This document shows, one piece after another, positions 38,444 through 47,509 of a stretch of DNA of 64,000 bases. The notes beneath the pieces are model-generated. The model was not told where the DNA came from and did not search any database. It was given only the letters and a program-made list of their open reading frames with translations. Position numbers and translations under genes: made by a program. Location of the stretch: assembly GCA_039933515.1 (NCBI GenBank), contig JBDTNY010000129.1, forward strand, positions 9,254-73,253, given 5' to 3'. Within the stretch, counting starts at the first letter, position 1, and each line of letters begins with the position of its first letter. Source of the stretch: Actinomycetota bacterium (lineage in GTDB: Bacteria; Actinomycetota; UBA4738; HRBIN12).

Positions 38444-41218
38444 TCACTCGGCAGCGCGCATCACCTCCCCCAGGGACACGCCGCGGGCGGCACGAGCGGC
38501 CAACGCGCCACCGATCAGCGAGGCGACGGTGAGCGCGAGCCCGGCGGCCGCCAGCGCCCACCACGGCCGAAGGATCAGCGGATCTGGCGGCACCGTCGGG
38601 AGCGGGTCGAGCGTCGGCACGACCACCCCCACCGAGATGATCCCCACGAGCCCGCCGATCACGAGCGCGATCCCGAGCACCACCCCGAGCTCGACGACGA
38701 GCGAACGACGAAGCAAGGCACTCGACATACCCATGCGTGCCGACAACGCGGCGCCCAGCACGCGGGCGCGCTGCCGCGCCTGTAGGTAGACGACCGCAAC
38801 CACGAGGACGAGCGCGAGCGCGGCGATCCCGAGGATGTTCAGCATCACGAAGGTGCCGATCGCGGCATCGATGAACGGGATGTCCTTCACGTCGTCGGCC
38901 GTGAGGGTCGTCAGTGGGAGAACGCCCAGCTCTGCGACCGTCGCCAGCACCTCGGACGCGGGGCCGCGGATCCAGAGCTCCGTGGCCCCCTGGGCGACGT
39001 TCAGTGGGTTGGGCTGGCCCCCGGTATGGAAGTACGTCTCGAGGACATCACGGGAGACCACGACCAGCGGCCGGTCCTCGGACGACGTCCCGGGGAAGCT
39101 CGATGTTCGCCCGGTGATCTCGACGGGCACGTGCTGGTTCGCGAGGTCGATCGTGTCGAAGGACAGCCCCTCGCCGTTCGACACGACGATCGGCAACGGA
39201 GCGCCGGGCGCAGGCGGAGCGAGCCGGTCCAACAAGGTCCCGAGAGGCTCGGCGGAGAACGCCTCGTCCCAGAAGGCCGCGCCCTCGAGCGTGGCCGGGT
39301 CGACGGCCACCAGGTCGAAGCGCTGTTCCGTTCCCCCGATCGCACCGGCGTCCCGTACCCGGGACGCGCTCGTCACGGGGAACGGATAGCCGGCGGCATC
39401 GGGCTCCGACAGGAGCCCGATGCGGACCTGGACGTCGCTCCCCACGAACACGCCCGCCTTCGCGTCGACGGTCGCACGGAGCGACGACGCCATCGCCTGC
39501 GCCGAGGCGAACACGGCGAGCGACATCGTTGAGGCCACCAGGAAGAGCGCGGTCAGCCGCGACGACGAGGAGAGCCGGCGCTCCGCCATGAACCACGCGG
39601 AGATGCCCGTGCGACGCCCAGCTGTCCGTTGACGGGTGAGCGCGAAGACCATCACGCGAGCCGCCAGGATCCCGACGCCCAGCGACAACGCGAGCGGGAA
39701 GAGGAACACGGCCGCGCCGGGACGCAGCAGCCCGCCCGACTCGACCAGGCCGCCCTGGATCTCGAGGCGACGGTAGAGCAACGAGGCGACGCCGAACCCG
39801 AGCAGCTCCCACGGCACCCAGAGGACGGCCCGGGCGACGCGTTCGCGCCGCTCGTGTCGTGCCACGTACGACGCCCCCGAGACGATCGCGACCACCGCGA
39901 TGGCCACGATCGTCGCGAGCGCCGACGCGCGGAGCGCTCGCATCTGGGCGGCGGCGTCGACCTGTCCGTTCGGTCCCACGAGCGCGATCAACGCAGCGGC
40001 GCCGAGGAACCCGGCCACCGCCCCGACCAGGATCGGCGCGAGCGACTCGAGCGCGCTCTTGACGGACACCGCACCAGGTCCCCAGCCGCGGGCGGTCAGC
40101 ACGCCGGCCTCGACCCTCCGCGAGGCGAACGAGAACGCCGCGGCGGCGGCAACCACCGCCATCGCGATCACGAGCGCCGCGACCGAGAGCACGAGGATCG
40201 GGGCCTGGCTCGCGGCGCTGCGCCCCTCGACCGTCTTCACGATGTCGGGCATCGCCGTGCGGAACACGTTCTCGGCGGGGACGAACCCGCCGCCGGGGTA
40301 GCGCCAGAAGCCGCAGCATCGGGCCGCCTGTCCCAGAGGCGTACCATGGCGCTCCATCCGCGCCAGGAGGTTCTCGGCGAACCGGCTGACCGCGCGGGCC
40401 TGCTCCATCGTGAGCGGTGGCGATGCCCGGACCGGCGCCTGCCACGCGAACGTGGCGACGTGCTCTCCCAGCGAGGTCGCGATCCGCAGCAGCTGCGCGG
40501 GATCCATGACGATCGGCTGCGGCGGGACCGGGCACTCGAAGCAGCCCGCCGGATAGAAGTCGTCGTTGAAGGGCTGGAAGTACCCGACGGAGGGGAGCGA
40601 GTAGAGCCCGCGATACACCCCGTCGACGGTGACAGGCACGGCGACACCGTGCAGCCGCAGCTCCACGGTGTCGCCTGGCCCCACCCCTGCGGGCTCGGCG
40701 ATGATGTCGGGCAACCAGACACCGTCGCCCTCGGCTCCGGAGATCACTCGAAGATGATCGAGCGCCCCGTCGCCGGCGAAGAGCCGGCCGCTCACCTCGC
40801 CGGACGCGGGCACCACACCGCCGGGCAGCGTGACCTCCACCGAAGCACCGAAGATCCCGGCGACGACCGGATCGAGCTGAGGCGACGCGGCAGCCGCGTC
40901 CGCGAACGCGGTCCCTCGTTCCTGGTACAGCGGCCCCCCGTCCGGGCCCTTCTCGTCGAGCGGGATCAGCGTGCTGCGATACGTGAGGCCGGCCGCGTAG
41001 CGGGAGACGGTCGGCGCATGGATCCCGGACGTGAGGAGCTCGCTCTGCGACGCCGACACGAAGAAGGGGTACGCGGCTGCCGAGATCACCACGAGCAGCG
41101 CGCCGATCGCGAGGGCCGTGAACGAGACGGGGTGATGGAACAGGCGACCGGGAGCCTTCCGCCAGAGCGGGTGCCGGTGCGAGCGAAGAGGCGCGCCGCG
41201 ACCCGGGTCCGCCGTCAT
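38444..41218 (-). CDS. large ABC transporter permease with two FtsX modules and two extracytoplasmic domains
   Basis: The 924-aa protein runs TM, about 300-aa extracytoplasmic region, TM cluster, second extracytoplasmic region of about 230 aa, then a C-terminal FtsX-type TM bundle. Confidence 0.8.
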   Translation of the reverse strand: MTADPGRGAPLRSHRHPLWRKAPGRLFHHPVSFTALAIGALLVVISAAAYPFFVSASQSELLTSGIHAPTVSRYAAGLTYRSTLIPLDEKGPDGGPLYQERGTAFADAAAASPQLDPVVAGIFGASVEVTLPGGVVPASGEVSGRLFAGDGALDHLRVISGAEGDGVWLPDIIAEPAGVGPGDTVELRLHGVAVPVTVDGVYRGLYSLPSVGYFQPFNDDFYPAGCFECPVPPQPIVMDPAQLLRIATSLGEHVATFAWQAPVRASPPLTMEQARAVSRFAENLLARMERHGTPLGQAARCCGFWRYPGGGFVPAENVFRTAMPDIVKTVEGRSAASQAPILVLSVAALVIAMAVVAAAAAFSFASRRVEAGVLTARGWGPGAVSVKSALESLAPILVGAVAGFLGAAALIALVGPNGQVDAAAQMRALRASALATIVAIAVVAIVSGASYVARHERRERVARAVLWVPWELLGFGVASLLYRRLEIQGGLVESGGLLRPGAAVFLFPLALSLGVGILAARVMVFALTRQRTAGRRTGISAWFMAERRLSSSSRLTALFLVASTMSLAVFASAQAMASSLRATVDAKAGVFVGSDVQVRIGLLSEPDAAGYPFPVTSASRVRDAGAIGGTEQRFDLVAVDPATLEGAAFWDEAFSAEPLGTLLDRLAPPAPGAPLPIVVSNGEGLSFDTIDLANQHVPVEITGRTSSFPGTSSEDRPLVVVSRDVLETYFHTGGQPNPLNVAQGATELWIRGPASEVLATVAELGVLPLTTLTADDVKDIPFIDAAIGTFVMLNILGIAALALVLVVAVVYLQARQRARVLGAALSARMGMSSALLRRSLVVELGVVLGIALVIGGLVGIISVGVVVPTLDPLPTVPPDPLILRPWWALAAAGLALTVASLIGGALAARAARGVSLGEVMRAAE

Positions 41219-41273
41219 GCCGCCGCGGCCCGGTCTGTGCGTCGTTCAGGCTGGACGGTCCATCGCGGCAGCG

Positions 41274-42701
41274 TCACCGTTCCATCACCTTACGGATGGC
41301 GGTCGGCGCACCGGGCGAGCCGCCGGCCGCCGACACGTATTCCGGCACGCCGACGCAGGTGAACAGCAGGGCATCCAGCGGCTCGCCCAGCAGCGCGGGC
41401 ACCTCGCTGTCGATGAACGTCATCCCGGATGCACTCGCGCCGAGCGCGTACGCGAGCAGATGCAGCCTGCCCTCGACCAGGCCGGCAGCCAGCTGGGCAT
41501 CGCGATACGCCCGGTCGTCGAGCGCGGCGACGTCGGTCGCGGCGATCACGACGAACGCCGCATCACGAGCGAGACCTTGCTCGAGGCACACTCGGTACAT
41601 CTCGTCTCGCATCGGCCCGGGGTGCGCCGGGGTCGAGAGGTCCGGCCAGCGGTAGACACCCGGCGCCAGTCCTTCGACGTCATGCACGACGACGGAATGC
41701 GGAAGGTCGACGCCGCGGAGCGCCACGCTCATGCTCGCGCGCAGCAGGCGGTCCGACAGGCCGCGGGTGGGATCCATGCGGCGCTGCGACCCGCGCGCGA
41801 GCACGACCGTCTCGATCGGGTCGCCGGTCCCAACCTTCACATCGACCGGCCCACCGCGTTCCCACGGCGGTCCGATCGTCTCGTGGTCGCCCGCCCGCTG
41901 TGCGGACGTGACGAGCGGGAAGACCACCGGTGCTGCGTCGACGTCGCCGGCGGCGGCCGGACCCGTCGCCCCGATCGCAGGTCCGCCATCGCCGAGGGCG
42001 ACCACCGCCACGGGCCACTCATGCACGCCATCCGCGCCGACGAGCGCGGTCACTGCCGCGTCCGGGAAGCGGCTGTACAGCCGCGCGCCGAGCCCCGCGG
42101 AGTCGGCCACCGCGAGCAGCTGAGCAAGCATGGTGCCGGCATCCCAATAGATGTGTCGATACCCGCGCTCGCGATAGCGCCAGCCGGTACGCCACGGGAC
42201 GCCGGTGACGACGAGGGCGGGCGCACCCCCGCGTGGCGGCGGCCCGACCTGCACGAGGGTGTGGTCGAGCGGGTCGTACCAATGCACGCCCGCGGGCACG
42301 GCCTTGCCGTCGGGCACGGCGACATACACCTCCAAGGGGAAGCGGCCACCCGCGGAGCCGGCTGCGCGGAACAGCCAGGTTCCGTAGGGACGCGCCATCG
42401 TCCGAACGACCCCCGCCGACAGATGCAGCAGCCGGGAGAGCTGCGGCAGGTCGAGCTCAACGGGGGCCACCTCTGCGGTGCCCGCGAGCCCCGCGACGGC
42501 CGGGGACAGGGTGGAGGGTAGGTCGCGAGGAAGCGGGATCCGAGGCAGAGGCGATAGGTACCGCTTGTAGAACCATGGGAGGCGATCCAGGTCGTTGACC
42601 TCGAGACCGCGCAGCACGCGAGGGTCGTCGACGGGTTCGTCCCAGTCGCGGCCGGGCTCGTACGACGTCAGCCGGTGCAGGGCTTGCGTCGGGGTCTCCA
42701 C
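41274..42701 (-). CDS. tandem SagB/ThcOx-type (nitroreductase-fold) dehydrogenase
   Basis: GTG start. The first half reads FRAAGSAGGRFPLEVYVAV...GVHWYDPLDHTLVQV...HIYWDAGTMLAQL. The second half reads GVYRWPD...FVVIAATD...AQLAAGLVEGRLHLLAYALGASASGMTFIDSEV. Confidence 0.75.
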   Translation of the reverse strand: METPTQALHRLTSYEPGRDWDEPVDDPRVLRGLEVNDLDRLPWFYKRYLSPLPRIPLPRDLPSTLSPAVAGLAGTAEVAPVELDLPQLSRLLHLSAGVVRTMARPYGTWLFRAAGSAGGRFPLEVYVAVPDGKAVPAGVHWYDPLDHTLVQVGPPPRGGAPALVVTGVPWRTGWRYRERGYRHIYWDAGTMLAQLLAVADSAGLGARLYSRFPDAAVTALVGADGVHEWPVAVVALGDGGPAIGATGPAAAGDVDAAPVVFPLVTSAQRAGDHETIGPPWERGGPVDVKVGTGDPIETVVLARGSQRRMDPTRGLSDRLLRASMSVALRGVDLPHSVVVHDVEGLAPGVYRWPDLSTPAHPGPMRDEMYRVCLEQGLARDAAFVVIAATDVAALDDRAYRDAQLAAGLVEGRLHLLAYALGASASGMTFIDSEVPALLGEPLDALLFTCVGVPEYVSAAGGSPGAPTAIRKVMER

Positions 42702-42770
42702 GTGCGAGATTCTCGCGCACGATCGTCTCGCGTGCGGCGTGCAGCGAGACGGTTTCAGGGGTCCCCTTCC

Positions 42771-42848
<78 letters not shown>

Positions 42849-43145
42849 AGGACTTGCGATGTTAGCAGGGGCCTCATCCACGAGCTCGACGACGCCGGGG
42901 ACCGGCATGAACGGCTGACCCGCGAGGCTGGCGACCCGAGACGGTGGACCGCATACGTGCGTAACCCCGACTCTGCGCCCCGTCTCCCGAGAGCCGACCT
43001 CTTCGAACAACCTACCCTGATAGCCCTACGTGCGTATCGGTGTACGGCGGAAGGCAACCACGGGGATCGGCCGAAACCAGAGTTTCGGCACGAATACCGT
43101 GAGATACGGCTGACGCACGACCTCGGCGGAGCCAGGATGTAACGG

Positions 43146-44438
43146 ATGGACGCACTCGGCCCCCGGCGGCTGCTCGCCGCCGCGATCGCGCTTGCCGCAC
43201 TGACCTCGTCGTGCACCGGCGCAACCCAACGACAGGTGACGCCGAGTCATCCCGTTCCCCTCGGCCGGACCGGGTCCCCCGCGCCCTCGCCCGATCGCTC
43301 GATCCCGACGCCGATCCCCACCGTCGAGGAACGCCTCGTCGTCGCGGACTGGACACGCGCGATCGAACAGGCGGTATCTGGCCGGGAGGTCTCCGTCGCG
43401 ATCGGCGTACACGACACCATCAGGTACGTGCACGCCGGAGCGGTGCGGCGGATCCCCGCGTCGAACCAGAAGCTGCTCACCTCGATGGCGGCGCTCGACA
43501 TCTTCGGGCCGAGGCATCGATTCCCCACGATCGTGGCGGCACGCAGGCCCCCGAAGGACGGCGTGCTCCGCGGCGACCTCTGGCTGGTGGGATCGGGTGA
43601 CCCCGAGCTCGACGCGAGCTCGATGGCCCGTCTCGCCGCCCGGCTCGACGCGGCCGGGGTCACTCGCATCGGTGGCGGGGTGATCGGCGACACCGCGGCG
43701 TTCACGAGGGAATGGTGGGCGCCCGGGTGGGTGCCCGGGTTGTCCCGCAGCTACGTCACCCGGACCACGGCACTGGCCTTCGACGGGAACACCGGGAGCG
43801 GCTCGCCCGAGGAGGCTGCCGCCGCATCGATCACGGCCTCGTTGCGCGCCTCGGGCATCGACGTGCAGGCGGAAACTTCGACCGGCGAGGCGCCCCCGGG
43901 GCTCCACACGGTCGCGCGGATCGGGTCGCGGCCGCTCCGCGACCTCCTGGCCGTCCAGAACCACGGGTCGGTGAACTTCTACGCAGAGACCTTCTTGAAG
44001 GCGATCGGCGCGGCGTCGGGGGGTGGCGTCGGCTCGACCGCGACGGGAGCCGATGCGGTCGCGGCATGGGCGGCCGAGCGCGGCGTGACCGCCCAGGTAC
44101 GGGACGGCTCAGGCCTCTCTCACCAAGATCTGGTCTCCGCGCAGGGACTCACGACCCTGCTCCTGCTCGCCCAGGACGAGCCCTGGGGCCCCTCGCTCGA
44201 CGACTCCTTGCCCCCCGCCGGCGAAGGAACGCTCGGTGGCCGTCTGGTCGGGATCCCCGTCCGCGCGAAAACCGGCACCCTGTTCGAGACACCGGTCTCG
44301 TCGCTGTCCGGGTACGTTACGGACGCGAGCGGCACCCGGGTCGCCTTCTCGGTAATCTCGCGCGGGCTCGACAAGGGGACGGCGATGGCGATCGAAGACG
44401 CGATCGTGCGTGCGCTGTCCGTGGGGCGGGTCGGCTGA
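43146..44438 (+). CDS. dacB: D-alanyl-D-alanine carboxypeptidase/endopeptidase (PBP4, peptidase S13), lipoprotein
   Basis: The lipobox-like signal is LAALTSSC. The active-site SxxK is PASNQKLLT, and later motifs SGLS and KTGTL are present. Confidence 0.85.
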   Translation: MDALGPRRLLAAAIALAALTSSCTGATQRQVTPSHPVPLGRTGSPAPSPDRSIPTPIPTVEERLVVADWTRAIEQAVSGREVSVAIGVHDTIRYVHAGAVRRIPASNQKLLTSMAALDIFGPRHRFPTIVAARRPPKDGVLRGDLWLVGSGDPELDASSMARLAARLDAAGVTRIGGGVIGDTAAFTREWWAPGWVPGLSRSYVTRTTALAFDGNTGSGSPEEAAAASITASLRASGIDVQAETSTGEAPPGLHTVARIGSRPLRDLLAVQNHGSVNFYAETFLKAIGAASGGGVGSTATGADAVAAWAAERGVTAQVRDGSGLSHQDLVSAQGLTTLLLLAQDEPWGPSLDDSLPPAGEGTLGGRLVGIPVRAKTGTLFETPVSSLSGYVTDASGTRVAFSVISRGLDKGTAMAIEDAIVRALSVGRVG

Positions 44439-44509
44439 GACCGTGACGGCGCCTAACGGGGCGCGCTGGCACAATACGAGGGACCGCGCAGTCGAGGGAG
44501 TGACCACCG

Positions 44510-44713
44510 ATGACCGTCATTGAGATGGAGACCCGCTTCCGGGAGGCGATAGCCAGGGCTCTGTACCGGCCCTCGCGCGGTCGTCACCCCGGCTACGTCC
44601 CGCTCAACGGGTCGAAGACACACACCTGTATCCGATGCGGAGCGGCCGTCGCCAACACCTACACCCACACGGCCTGGCACGACAGCCACGGCCAGGCGCA
44701 CGACGAGGGGTAG
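44510..44713 (+). CDS. small hypothetical protein (67 aa), Cys/His-containing
   Basis: GAGGGAG lies upstream of the ATG. Sequence reads ...KTHTCIRCGAAVANTYTHTAWHDSHGQAHDEG. No family recognised. Confidence 0.4.
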   Translation: MTVIEMETRFREAIARALYRPSRGRHPGYVPLNGSKTHTCIRCGAAVANTYTHTAWHDSHGQAHDEG

Positions 44714-44736
44714 CCCACGTGATCACGTCGATCCGG

Positions 44737-44825
44737 CGGAGACGCCGGGATTCGAACCCGGGAAGGAGTTTTATCCCCTTAACCGCTTAGCAGGCGGCTC
44801 CTTTCGGCCTCTCAGGCACGTCTCC
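44737..44825 (-). tRNA. tRNA-Ser (anticodon GCU)
   Basis: The minus strand reads GGAGACG TGCCTGAGAGGCCGAA..CCGC CTGCTAA GCGG..variable arm..CCGGGTTCGAATCCCGG CGTCTCC G. CCA is not encoded. Confidence 0.93.
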
Positions 44826-44838
44826 GCCGACGATTCTA
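44826..44838 (-). promoter_or_regulatory. tRNA promoter block TAGAATCGTCGGC (-10 TAGAAT, 7 nt before tRNA 5' end)
   Basis: It has the same spacing and CGTCG core as the blocks at 10812 and 12152. Confidence 0.5.
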
Positions 44839-44922
44839 TGGAACCGCGACCCGGGTGACCGGCGACGCTCCGCCCGCACCCCGGCACGATCGCGCGGCTC
44901 GGCGCTCGATAGGCTCCCCGAC

Positions 44923-46107
44923 ATGACCGACGTGCTGATCATCGGCGGCGGCGTGATAGGGGCCGCTTGCGCCTCGGAGCTCGCCCACCGGGGCGCCGAC
45001 GTCACTTTGGTGGAGCGTGACGAGCTCGCGGCACACGCCTCGGGCCGGAACCAGGGCCTCTGGGTGCTGCCCGAGGACGACGTGACGGTCCCCATGGCCC
45101 AACGGAGCCTCGAGCGATATCTCTCGCTCGCACCTTCATCCCCGATCGACGTGCAACTCGACCCCGAGCCGATCGGTCTCGTCATGGTTGCGCGGACCGC
45201 CGACGAGCTCGGCGCGGCCCGTCATGCGGTCGGCGTCGCTGAGCGCGCCGGGACCCGCGTGGACGAGCTCGACGCCGAGGGCTTGGCGGACGCGGAACCG
45301 AGCGTGGCGTGTGACCCGGCGGGGGCCTGGCTCGTGCATCACGGGCACCGGCTCGATCCGGGCGCGCTCACGGTGGCGATGGCGTTGGCCGCACGCGAGC
45401 GAGGCGCGGAGATCCGCCACCACACGAACGCCCGGGGCTTGGCGCGCCGGGGCGATCGCATCGTGGGGGCGGTCACGGACGACGGCGTGATCGAGGCAGG
45501 CGTCACGATCGTCGCAGGGGGACCTTGGTCGACGCGGCTGCTCGACCCTATCGGCGCCTCGATACCGGTGGTGGGCGCGCGCGGGTGGCTCGTGCGGGTC
45601 GCGCCTCGGCCCGGGCTCGTCCGCCACCTCGTCGAGGCCGTCGCGGCCCACACCGCCCTCCGCCAGGGAACGCCTTCGGGGCTTCCCACCGCCGGCGAGA
45701 TCGCGGCCGAGGGATTCCCCCCCGACGTCCTCGGACCCATCCTTCATCCGCACCGCGACGGCACCGTCGTGATCGGGTCGTCTCGTCAGACCTGGCTCGC
45801 CCCCGAGCCCGACGACGCCTCAGTCGTCCGCCGGCTGCTGGGCGCGGCCATCGGCATCGTGCCGGCGCTCGAGGAAGCCCACGTGCGTTCGTCGTGGTGG
45901 GGCGTTCGCCCGCTGAGCCCCGACGAACGTCCGTTCATCGGCCAGGTGCGCGATGGGCTGTTCGTGGCGACCGGTCACGGGTCCGAAGGGGTGATCCTCG
46001 GGGCGGGGACGGCCGAACTGCTCGCCGCCCAGCTGGCGGGCGAGGAGCCGCCGTTCGACCCCGCGCCGTTCGACCCACTCCGGTTCGAGGGTCACGCCGG
46101 CAGATAG
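44923..46107 (+). CDS. FAD-dependent oxidoreductase (DAO/glycine oxidase-like)
   Basis: N-terminal dinucleotide fold VLIIGGGVIGAACASELAHRGADVTLVER, with C-terminal GHGSEG. Confidence 0.8.
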   Translation: MTDVLIIGGGVIGAACASELAHRGADVTLVERDELAAHASGRNQGLWVLPEDDVTVPMAQRSLERYLSLAPSSPIDVQLDPEPIGLVMVARTADELGAARHAVGVAERAGTRVDELDAEGLADAEPSVACDPAGAWLVHHGHRLDPGALTVAMALAARERGAEIRHHTNARGLARRGDRIVGAVTDDGVIEAGVTIVAGGPWSTRLLDPIGASIPVVGARGWLVRVAPRPGLVRHLVEAVAAHTALRQGTPSGLPTAGEIAAEGFPPDVLGPILHPHRDGTVVIGSSRQTWLAPEPDDASVVRRLLGAAIGIVPALEEAHVRSSWWGVRPLSPDERPFIGQVRDGLFVATGHGSEGVILGAGTAELLAAQLAGEEPPFDPAPFDPLRFEGHAGR

Positions 46108-46234
46108 GCGATCGGCGCCGCGACCATGGCCAGGAGGGCCAACCCGACGAGGGCGTACCTGGCGGTCTCGGCCCCGATCATCGGGGGGTGTTGGGACCGA
46201 CCCGAGGCCGACTAGACTTCCTGGCCTACCTGTC

Positions 46235-47509
46235 ATGGCCATCCTCACCCTCGGGATCTCCTTCCGTCGCGCGCCGATCGAGCTGCTGGAGCGGCTCGCC
46301 TTCACCGACGACGACCTCGCCAAGGCATACCGACACGCCCTGGACCTGGATGGGATCGATGAGGCGGTGATCCTGTCGACGTGCAACCGCGTCGAGATCA
46401 CCGCGAGCGTGCCGAGCTACCACGCCGGGTTCCTCGCATGCAAGCGCGTGCTCACCGAAACCCGAGGCGTGCCCGCCGAGGACTTGGCCGAGCCCCTCTA
46501 CTCCCATTGGGAAGGCGATGCCGCCGAGCATCTCTTCGCCGTCGCGGCCGGACTCGACTCGATGGTGCTCGGCGAGACGCAGGTCTACGCCCAGGTTCGT
46601 GAGGCGCTCCGTCGAGCCGACACCGAGCACGCGGCAGGACCCGCGCTCACCGGTCTGTTCCATGCCGCCGGGCGAGCGGGCCGACGGGTGCGCCAGGAAA
46701 CCTCGCTCGGCGCCGCGCCCGATGCGTTCGTCGCGCTGGGCGCCGACCTCGCCGACGAAGTGCTCGGGGGTCTCGCCGGCCGCGACGTCGTGGTGGTGGG
46801 AGCCGGCCAGATGGCCGCGCTCGCGGTCAAGCACCTCCGGCAGCGTGGCGTCGGCCCGGTCCGGATCCTGAATCGTTCGCTCGAGCATGCCCGGGCGCTC
46901 GCCGAACGCACCGACACGGCTCACGGCGACCTCGCTGCCCTCCCGGCCGCACTCGACCACGCCGACCTGGTGGTGAGCGCGACCGGTGCGGCCGGGATCG
47001 TGCTGCGGCGTGACCAGGTCGCGCACGCCATGACCGAGCGCTCCGGGCGGCCCCTCGTGCTCTTGGACCTGGCGGTCCCGCGCGACGTCGAACCGGAAGC
47101 GGCGTACCTCGAAGGGGCGCACGTGATCGACATCGTGTCGCTCTGGGAGCGCCTGGCGGCTCACGATCCCTCCACCGCCGGCGACATCGTGCGGGCGCAC
47201 GAACTCGTCGCAGAGGAGGTCCACCGCTACGCCGTACGGCGCCGTGCCGACGATCTCGCGCCCTTGATCCGTGCGATCCGAACCCGTGGCGACGACGTCA
47301 TGAAGACCGAGCTGGATCGACAGGCCTCGCGGCTCGCGAGCCTGACCACCGACGAACGTGACGCGGTCGAGCACCTCGCCCGAGGCATCGTGGCCAAGCT
47401 CCTGCACGACCCGATCGTCGAGCTGAAGGAACGGTCGGAGCCCAGTGCCGACGGCCTGCATGCCCGGGTGCTCGCCGAGTTGCTCGGCATCGATCTCGAG
47501 GCGGAGTGA
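46235..47509 (+). CDS. hemA: glutamyl-tRNA reductase
   Basis: Sequence reads ILSTCNRVEI...GLDSMVLGETQ...VVVGAGQMA. Confidence 0.93.
   Translation: MAILTLGISFRRAPIELLERLAFTDDDLAKAYRHALDLDGIDEAVILSTCNRVEITASVPSYHAGFLACKRVLTETRGVPAEDLAEPLYSHWEGDAAEHLFAVAAGLDSMVLGETQVYAQVREALRRADTEHAAGPALTGLFHAAGRAGRRVRQETSLGAAPDAFVALGADLADEVLGGLAGRDVVVVGAGQMAALAVKHLRQRGVGPVRILNRSLEHARALAERTDTAHGDLAALPAALDHADLVVSATGAAGIVLRRDQVAHAMTERSGRPLVLLDLAVPRDVEPEAAYLEGAHVIDIVSLWERLAAHDPSTAGDIVRAHELVAEEVHRYAVRRRADDLAPLIRAIRTRGDDVMKTELDRQASRLASLTTDERDAVEHLARGIVAKLLHDPIVELKERSEPSADGLHARVLAELLGIDLEAE

Noticed and set aside
46092-46181. 29-aa hydrophobic mini-ORF (MIGAETARYALVGLALLAMVAAPIAYLPA) on the minus strand before hemA
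   Set aside because: No ribosome-binding site is present. It overlaps the 3' end of the FAD oxidoreductase gene and is indistinguishable from chance in GC-rich DNA.
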